Part shown: piece after piece, positions 1 to 8,300 of the stretch
Layout of the letters: every line of letters begins with the position of its first letter
Position numbering within the stretch: position 1 is the first letter of the stretch
NCBI GenBank assembly: GCA_000388065.2
Contig: KB932210.1
Length of the DNA: 13,967 nucleotides
Source: Fonticula alba ATCC 38817
Taxonomy: Eukaryota; Protista; Nucleariida
Strand: one strand, 5' to 3'
Notes under the pieces: model-generated
Databases searched by the model: none
Told to the model about the DNA's origin: nothing
The model's input: only the letters and a program-made list of their open reading frames with translations
Position numbers and translations under genes: made by a program

Positions 1-335
1 GGCGCCCGCAGGCAGTACCCGGTCGCCCGGAAAGGCCTTGGCCGGAAGGCCCCGCCCCCAAGGTCCCTAGATCCCAATTGTCCCATCCCCCCCCCCGGGG
101 GGGGGGGGAAGCGGGCACACGATCCCCCCGGGAGGCGTAACTCCAGATCGCATACCCGGGCATGGTCGGCCGGGGATAGAAGGCTCACCAGGCCGGCCTC
201 CGACCCGCCCGGCCGGCGCCCACAACGCATCCCCTCCTCCGCCCCCTCCCCCCTTCGCCTCCCCCCTTCGCCCTCCCCCCCCCTTCTCGAGATCCCTCTC
301 TCTCCCCCCCCCCTCTTTCCTCCTTCCAACACAGC

Positions 336-1050
336 ATGTCCGACTCGAGCGCCCCGACTTACGACCCGATGCTGGACCAGCCGGCCGCCGCCGCCGCCGC
401 CGCCCCCGCGGCCGAGGCCCAGCACTCCGAGCCCATGGACCCGGTTGGCATGGCCGGCTCTGCGGTCAACACCGCGGCCGAGGTGGTCGGCGGCATCTCC
501 GGCACCCTGGTCGGGGGCGTCCAGGCCGCCTGGGGCGCGCTCAACCCCCTGGCCCGGCGCCTGAACACCGGTGCGTTCGAGCTGCCCTGTCCCCGCCTTG
601 CCGGCCGTGCTTGTGCCCGCCCGGCAGGCCATGGTCGCATGGCGGCCGCATCATCACTGACCCTGGCCCCTCGTTGCCCTTCCTCCCCTCCTCCCCTCCC
701 GCTCCTCCCGCTCCTCTCGCTGTTCCTCCATCCCTCCTCCAAGGCTTCCACATCGCCAAGCAGATCACCACCGAGACCATCGGCGTCACCCGGGCCACCG
801 AGTTCAGCGAGCAGTACCGCCACCTGGAGACCGTGCGCGCATCCCCCTGTCCCTCTGATCTTCTCCCACCGCCGAGGGTCCCTCTGCCGCCCACCGCCCA
901 CTGACCCCTCTCCTCCGCAGAATGTCCGCCGCCTGGAGCGCGCCCACAGCCTGCTCATCCGCTCCGTTAACCAGATCTCCGGCCCGACTCCCCGTACGAC
1001 AGGCCTGCTGGCGCCGCTTCGCCATTTGACCGGCCCCCTGCTGACACACG

Positions 1051-1125
<75 letters not shown>

Positions 1126-1210
1126 NNNNNNNNNNNNNNNNNNNNNNNNNNNNNNNNNNNNNNNNNNNNNNNNNNNNNNNNNNNNNNNNNNNNNNNNNNN
1201 NNNNNNNNNN

Positions 1211-1251
<41 letters not shown>

Positions 1252-2522
1252 GCCACCACCACAGTGGTCCCCGTGAAGCGCGTCATCGGCGGCATCTCCA
1301 GCCTCCTTGACGGGTCCAACGCCCAGGCCACCAGCGCCCCGGCCGAGACCTCCAACGCCCAGCATGCCAAGGCCGTGGCCGCGCAGTTCTCCCATGTGGC
1401 CGGGGTCCTGCTTGGCACGGCCCCCATCTCCCAGACCCAGGCCACGCTGTCCCTGTCGCCGGAGACCCCGATGCCGGATTCCGCCATCGACAAGGGCGCT
1501 CGCGCCATGGCCCAGGCCTGCCAGCATCTGGCCAGCATCCAGGAGTCCTTCGGCACGGCCCACGCCAAGCTGGTACGCGTGCCGGGGCGTGCCGTGCCAT
1601 TTCCCCTCCTCGATCACCCCGCGCGCATGGTCGCAGGCCCGGCCGCACTCTAACACACACGCACGCACATTCACCGTCCATCGGCCCACCCGCCCACCAC
1701 CCATGCACCATGCTCGTGTGTGCGCTCATAGAACGCCGAGATCATCAACCAGGTTGTGGCCCCGCTGCAGGACTCCCTCGAGCTCATCACCAGCGCCCTT
1801 GTACGCACGCTTCCTCCCTCTCGCTCGGTTGCCCCCCCCCGCACACACCTCGCATGACGCCGTTTCCTGACCCCCCCTCCCAACACCCGGCCCAGAACAC
1901 CTGCCGCACCGCGGTCAACGCCCGCCTCGAACTGGATGCCGTCAAGTCCCGTGTCAACCCCAACCGCGCCTCCTCCGAGGTGCGCACACTGTCCCCCGCC
2001 CCCGCTGGGGCCCCTGCATTGCCTCGGCACCTTGAGCTGACCCCCGCATCTGCCCCCCCCCCCCTCCCCCCCCCTCTGCGGCGGCACGGCAGTGTCTCTC
2101 CCTCTCACCGGACCTTCGGAGAAAAGTGCGCCCCGATCGTTACCGCCCTTGCCCTCCTCCTCGTGCCTTCCCGCTGCTGCGGGCCCTCTTGCCGATGCCT
2201 CCCCCCCCCTCCCCCCCCCTGGCCCTCCCCCGGCCAGGAGTCCAGGGTCGACCTGGATATGGCCCAACTCGGCTGCTAGGAGGCGTCCAGCGACGCCGAG
2301 GCTCGGATGGAGCACTGCCTGCGCGTGTGCACCGCCACCGCTGTCCGGTGCCTGGTCGTCCTGCTGAATGCCATCCGCGCCTACCACCTCCAGGCTCTGT
2401 CCAGCATCGACGCCCTCCTTCCCCGCATCGAGGAGGCCGCCACCAACGCCGGCATCACCACCAGTGCCGCCAGCTCCTCCGAGCCGGTCCCAGACAATGG
2501 CCTCGTCACCGACATCCCCTAA
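336..2522 (+). CDS. BAR-domain protein, Gvp36/endophilin-like N-BAR without SH3; spliced, about 380 aa (391 aa with micro-exon); contains one in-frame TAG at 2277-2279
   Basis: Exons: 336..570, 744..832, 921..993, 1265..1572, 1732..1800, 1896..1979, [2093..2125 optional], 2238..2522. All junctions are GT(R)CG...AG and phases agree (1,0,1,0,0,0), including across the N gap. The spliced segment GFHIAKQITTETIGVTRATEFSEQYRHLETNVRRLERAH resembles endophilin [32 protein letters not shown] and yeast Gvp36 QRMVQERLG..SQLPREYTELEDKVD. AVNARLELDAVKSRV resembles Gvp36 VHSMRLRYDVARTNL, and LVVLLNAIRAYHLQALSSI resembles the BAR helix-3 motif LSALVQAQLEYHKQAVQIL. Family call from recalled sequences. Confidence 0.75.
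1051..1125 (+). repeat. Poly-C homopolymer (75 C, running into the gap) in BAR intron 3
   Basis: Read directly from the sequence; follows the branch-like CTGAC at 1041-1045. Confidence 0.9.
1126..1210. other. Assembly gap (85 N) inside BAR intron 3
   Basis: N run flanked by poly-C and (CCG)n. The donor at 994 and acceptor at 1264 are phase-compatible without the gap contributing an exon. Confidence 0.95.
1211..1246 (+). repeat. (CCG)12 microsatellite, truncated by the gap, in BAR intron 3
   Basis: Read directly from the sequence; decays into CCA units just before the CAG acceptor at 1262-1264. Confidence 0.9.
2093..2125 (+). other. Candidate 33-nt phase-0 micro-exon of the BAR gene (CLSLSPDLRRK)
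   Basis: CTGAC at 2037-2041 is followed by a C-rich tract and the first downstream AG at 2091-2092. A consensus GTGCGC donor lies at 2126. It splits a 258-nt intron into 113-nt and 112-nt introns and preserves frame. Confidence 0.5.
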
Positions 2523-2986
2523 TGTCCGTGTGTGCGCCGGCGGTGCCCCCTTCGTCCCTCTCCCCCACACTGCACATGTGCACCGCCCTACACCCTCGGT
2601 GCCCCTCCTCCCCCCTCCATGGGACCGGAACACAAATACACCCAAATGAAAGCCTTCCCCCCCCCCCCCCTCCTGCTCCCACAGGGCTGCTCCGGGCCAA
2701 GCCGCAGAGAGGCGGCTCTTTACTTCCAGCGCGACGGCCAGCCTGGGGGAGCGCGCTACTGTGTTCTCCTTTTCGAGAGGGCGCTTCCTCCGGAGGGAGG
2801 AATGGCACAGCGGTGCATTCCGTCCCCTCCCGTCCCCCCCCCCCTCTCTCTGTTGCCTGGTCGGCTGCGTGCGCGGGGACGTGTTTGCTCGGACATCCCC
2901 GTCCCATTCTCTTTATCGAGACCGCGCCCGACCCACGCCCATGCATCGATGGGCCGAGGGCGAGGACGAGATCTTGCGGGCACCTC

Positions 2987-3002
2987 CGCGCGCGCGCGCG
3001 CG
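2987..3002. repeat. (CG)8 perfect dinucleotide palindrome, intergenic
   Basis: Read directly from the sequence. Confidence 0.9.
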
Positions 3003-3166
3003 CCCCCTTCCCTCTTTGGGCGGCGCTCGCACGAGCCCGGGCGGGCGGTCTACTAGGCGGGGGCCAATCGCGCAACATGCGTCCACGTGATCCGTCCGTC
3101 TCGATGTGGCCGAGACTCCATCCCCATCTTTTTTCTCCCCGCCCACAGCTTGTTTGCCTGCTGTGT

Positions 3167-3167
<1 letters not shown>

Positions 3168-3212
<45 letters not shown>

Positions 3213-3227
3213 GGCGGCGGCGGCGGC
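3168..3227 (+). repeat. (GGC)10-GGT-(GGC)9 trinucleotide repeat, intergenic upstream of SKI3
   Basis: Read directly from the sequence; 20 units with one GGT interruption at 3198-3200. Confidence 0.92.
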
Positions 3228-3249
3228 ACGTTGGACACACCGTCTACGA

Positions 3250-3279
3250 GTGCGTGTGTGCGTGTGCGCGCGCGCGCGC
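3250..3279. repeat. Alternating purine-pyrimidine tract ending in (GC)7
   Basis: gtgcgtgtgtgcgtgt followed by (gc)7, read directly. Confidence 0.85.
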
Positions 3280-3791
3280 CGATGTGCTGCCATGCCTACG
3301 CGGGTTCCACCACGCCCCTTCTCCCGGCTCTCGGAGCGTCCTGACCCCGCCGGGCCCGGCGAGCCTAGGCACGCAGCGCGGCGCCTTCGTTCGGGCTGCG
3401 CGGCTGTGTCTCCGGGCCGAGCCGGCCCGCGCCCCCGTTCGCCCCCGTCCCCCCAACGCCGGAGGCATCCCCGCCGCCCGCTTGTTGACGCTGGCGTTGC
3501 GTCACCCGGGCCCTTTTGGCCTGGGGGGCGCCAAAGTGCCGGCGCGCGTCCCGCCCCCCGTCCCCGCCTCGGCACCCCTCCCCCCGAAAAGCCGCCTCTG
3601 TCTTCCAATCTCCCGGCCCCCCCCCCCCGGCCACAGACAACACACTCCGCTCCCACCCCCCTCCCCCCTTGTGACTCCTCTCGACACCCATCTGCTCCAC
3701 TTCCCCCGGTCTTCCTCCCCTCCCCCACCGCCCACCTCCCTTCCCCCGACCTGTTCCTCCGGGCCCCGCCCGCCTCCCTGACGATTTGGCA

Positions 3792-5283
3792 ATGAACGGC
3801 CAGCGCCCCGCCCCGTTGCCCGATATCAAGGACGTGTTCAAGAGCGCTCGCAAGGCCTTTGACCGTGGCCAACTGGATGATGCCGTGTCTGGGTGCAATG
3901 TACGCCCATCCACCTGCCCGTTGCCTGCACCCACAAGCGCCTTGTGCATCTCTCCCCCCCTCTCCCGCTCTCGCTCTCTCCCTCTTCCTCTCCCTCTCTC
4001 TCTTGCACGCGCGCGCGCGCGCGCGCGCACCCTGTCCCCTAACAGCCCCTGCGCCTTCAATCGTGCCCCCTCTCCCCCCCACCCCACACAGGCGATCCTC
4101 AAGCGGAACAGGCGCTTCTTGCCTGCTCTGATCCTGCTCAGTCGCGTGCAAGTGGACCAGGGCAAGCTGGAGGATGCCATCCTCACCCTCACGCGCGCCG
4201 GCGCCTTGTACCCGCACGACTCCGGTCTCTGCCGAGCCAAGATCAAGGTGCTGCGATCCATCCACGAGAATGAGCTCCCCCAGGTCCCGGAGCATCAGCG
4301 TGGTCGCGGGCAGCCCTTCGATGTGAAGGCTCGACGGCGCCTCTTCAAGCCCATGCGGGACCTGCGCAACAACCTGATCCGGAGGTGCGTGTGTGCACCC
4401 CTGCCAGGTCGCCGATGCCGACGCGCACATGCATGGACACCCGCCCGCCCGCCCGCACACACACACACGCGCGCGCGCGCGCACCCTCGTCGGCATGCTG
4501 CGCCATGCGCACGGCCCCCCTCCGGCCCATCGCTGACCCTCCCGTCCCCCCCTCCCCTCCCCTCCCCCCCCCTCAATGCAATGCAGCAACACCCTCGACC
4601 AGGCCGTCGAGGTGGCCATCAGCCTGCGCAATACCATCCTCTCCCTGGATGACAATGCCCCGGCCGACGCCCCCGTCGAGCGGCTCTCCGTGCTGATGCA
4701 GGCCTCGGTGCGCCCCTGCCTCCACTTCCACCCCGATGCCTGGGGCCCCCTCTCTAACCCCCTTGCCCGGTGGCCACGCCCGGACCGCAGGCCATCCGAT
4801 GCCTGGGGGAGCTCCGCGCGACGGCCCTCTTCCCCGAGGTGGCAGCCCACCCGATCCTCGGCGACGCGGCCATCCGCGACGATCTCCTGGCCGTGCAGCT
4901 GATGTCCATGCCCACGCAGAACTTCGTCGTCACCATGGTCCCGGCGCAGATGCTCCCCGTGACGATCGGCCACCTGGAGGCCCTGGCCCAGACCGGCGCC
5001 ATGGAGCTGGTGCTGGAGACCATGGCCGCCGAGCCGGGATCCGCCAACGACACCCCGGCCGGCCGGGCCAACATCCAAGCCTTCATGGCGCTCCTGTCGA
5101 CGCATGTCTTCTTCGCCATCCTCCTGCCCCAGGAGCACCCGCTCTATGACTTCCAGCTCCGGCTCCTGGCCCTGCTCAACGAGGCCAGCCGGGCCCCGGC
5201 CTCGTTGGACATGCAGCCGCTGGTCCTCCACTGGAAGCTGACCCTGGCCCTGTGCGTGGGACTCCCCTCCGCCCCCCCTGCAC

Positions 5284-5340
<57 letters not shown>

Positions 5341-8300
5341 CGCAGCATGTCAACCCCCCTCAGCCAGACCGGATCATTGCTGCCGCTGGTTCACATGGCC
5401 CAGCGCCGGCTGGCCGAAGCCCCGGCCGGGGCCGTCCGCAACCGCAAGCACCTGACCGACAGCCTGGCCGCCCTGGAGGCCACCATGGTCTTCCTGGAGA
5501 CCGGCGACAGCAAGCCCCTGGCCGAGCTCACCTACGAGGGCCACCTGCACGAGTCGATCCCGGCCGAAAGGCGCTTCCTCGGCAGCCACTTTGCCCTGGT
5601 GCTGCGGCTGCTGGCCATCGTCACCGCCTCCCGGGCCCGGCAGCAGATCAAGCTGCCGGAGCTGATCCCCGACCGCGTCGAGCGGTCGAACTGCCTGCGG
5701 GCCCTGGCCGACCTGGCGGCCGGCTCCCTGGCCGAGGCCACCGGCCAGCTGGCCGACAACCCCCTGCTGGACCTGTTCACCGAGCTGGCATGCTCCTCCA
5801 TTCACACGGACATCGCGACCTTCTACAACCAGTACCTGGCCCTGGGCGAGTGGGCCGAGACCTCGGACGACTGCCTGCCCGCGGTCGAGGGCCGGACCCT
5901 GGCCAGCATGCAGAAGGAGCTCCGGTCCACCTACCTGGCCTTCCTGGCCGAGGTGCCGGACTCCTTCACCGAGCTCCGGCGCACGCTCTTCCGCACGGAA
6001 ACCCTGCCCGAGGCCCGGCCCACCGACGACATGGCCCGGCTGCTGTACCTCTTTGCCTGCTGCCTGCGCATCATTTCCCTCAACCGCTTCGCCTATGTGG
6101 TGCTGGAGCGCCTGGTCCAGTGGTACCCCGACCGGCTGGACTACCTGCTGGACTTGGCCTCGGCCAGCCGGTGCATCGGCCGCCTGGACCGGAGCATGGC
6201 CGTGGCCGATGCGGCCATGCGCCTGCACGCCGCCCAGGCCGACACGGCCGACCCGGCCGCCCCCGCCGCCTCGGTCGACCAGCTGGCCCGGCTGGCGTCG
6301 GTGGTGGCTCTGGCCCACCTGGCCGGGCGCCCGTGCACCCCGGCCGACAAGGCCACCATCATCGGGCCGGTGCTGCTGGCCCTGCGCAGTGCCCCGGCCC
6401 ATGGCCATGGCTCGCTGATGGCCATCCTGGCCCGGTGGTACTGGCAGGTGGAGGCCGACCGCGAGCGGGCCGTCCGCTGTCTTTCCAAGGCCGTGGAGCT
6501 CGGTGCCCCCGGCAATGGCACCACCTCGCAGTTGCTCTTCTTCCTGTCCGAGCCGGGCCTGCAGCCGGCCGAGGCGGTGGTCCTGCTGGAGCAATTCGCC
6601 CGTGCCCATGCCAGCTGGGTGTGGCTGCCGCTGGCGCGATACCGGCTGAAGGATGGCGACCGCGATGCCCTGCCCCAGGCCCTGATGTATCTGGAGCATG
6701 CCCTGCGCGCGCTGCCCGACCGCGACCCCGGCACCATGACCACCGTCCAGCTGCTGGACGCGGCCTCGGTGTGGCTGAACATCGGCGAGCTCCACCGGCG
6801 CATGGGCCGGCATTCGTCCGGCCTCCGGTCGCTGGAGTCCTGCGCCAAGTTGCTGGAGTCCCTGTCGCTGCGCATCGCCGATGCCAGCACCGCCCCCGGC
6901 ACCACCGCCGCCGTCGCCGCCGCCGCCGCCGCCATGGACGACCGCCTGACCTGGTGGCTGCCCCAGCCCTCGGCCGCCGAGCTGGCCTCCAAGGTCCTCG
7001 GCTTGCGCATCGGCGTGGCCCTCTCCCAGGCGGCTTCCCTGCGGGAGGCCTTCCAGCCGACCGAGGCCCTGGCGGCCCTGCACTCCGTCCTGCCGGATGG
7101 CCTGCGCCAGCGGGTGGCCGCCGGGCCGCATGCCTACCTGCCGGCCGCGGCCCTGGCCCGGGACTTTGGCCGCGGCTTTGCCACCGTCTGGCTGGCCTCC
7201 CGGGCGGAGAGCCTGCTGGTCCTGGCGCGCGATCTGCTGGCCAGCGGCCGGTGCAATGTCACCGCTCGGTCCTGCCTCGGGCCGGCCCTCTACTCGGCCA
7301 TCGCGGCCCTGGAGTTGGACCTGCACCGCGGGTCGGCCGCCGGGGAGCACCCCCCGGCCGCCCGGGCCACCGGTGCCCTTCCCCTGTGGAAGTTGGCCGC
7401 CGACATTTGCGAGGTCTTCCGGTCGCCGGGGCTGGCCGGCCTGCCGCCGGCCACCCTCGGCCAGGACACCCATGCCGGGGCCTTCCTCTCCACCGGCCCG
7501 GCGGATGTCCCCACCGCCGACCAGCCGGAGCCCTGCCTGCTGACCGCGGAGCTGGCCCACTTCCACCGGCTGGCCCAATTGTCGGCCATGCATGCCGGCA
7601 TTTGTCGCTGGGACCCGGGCCTGGATGAGGCGCTGCTGTCGGCCTCATCGCGGGCGGCCGCCCTGGCGGCCGAGGCCCCGGCCGCGGCCGCCTACGCCGG
7701 GGCCGTCTTCGGGGCCTATGCCGGGGTCCTGTGTCGCCGGGCCCAGCTGGCCACCAGCCCCACCGCGCCGGAGGCCTGCGCGGCCCTGCATGACTTGGCG
7801 TCCGACCTGTTCGGCCTGTCGCGCATGCAGCTGGCCGAGCTGGGCCTGGCCGGCGATGTGACCCCCACCGCCGGGGCCGGGGGGGTGGCCGTGGTCGACC
7901 GGTGCCTGGCCACGGCCGGGGCTCTGCTGGAGCGGGCCCTGGCCGGGGCCATGCCCACTGGCCTGGCTCCCGAGCAGACCACCGAGTATCGCACTCTCCT
8001 GGGGCTGGGGCTCGTGCGGCTGGTGGCCCAGCTCTGGCTCACCACCGGCGTGGTGAAGGCCGCGCAATATGCCCGGCTCCCGGCCGGGGCGCCGTCTTCC
8101 CCGGCGCCGCTGCACCTGGCCCAGGCCCAGGCGGCCTTCGGCCAGGCGCAGGCCCTCTTCGGCGAGGCCGGCGATGTCACCGGCCAGGCCCATGCCAGTG
8201 CCTACCTCGGTGCGCTGTACCTGCTGGTGGCCGTGCGGGCGGTCGGCCCGGCGGGCGGGCTGACGCTCGCCAGCCCGCCGGTGGCCCGGCTGCTGGCCCT

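Noticed and set aside
1051-1260. Poly-Pro, poly-Arg, poly-Gly or poly-Ala protein tracts in the ORF track
   Set aside because: They come from intronic poly-C and (CCG)n; the phase-consistent splice 993^1265 removes them.
2277-2279. Genome-wide reassignment of TAG (alternative genetic code)
   Set aside because: The three genes end in TAA, TAG and TGA. The sequence after the SKI3 TAG (11842-11844) loses coding character, and no other internal TAG or TAA occurs in about 2800 reconstructed codons.
2247-2279. 33-nt GTCGAC...CTAG mini-intron that would remove the TAG
   Set aside because: The donor does not fit the GTRCGY consensus, it is far shorter than the other introns (83 nt or more), and it would delete residues that align with BAR helix 3. 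Not formally excluded without cDNA.
2126-3781. 551-aa ORF spanning the BAR-SKI3 intergenic region
   Set aside because: It starts at a splice-donor GTG, runs through homopolymers and the GGC repeat, and has Pro/Arg low-complexity composition with no family signal.
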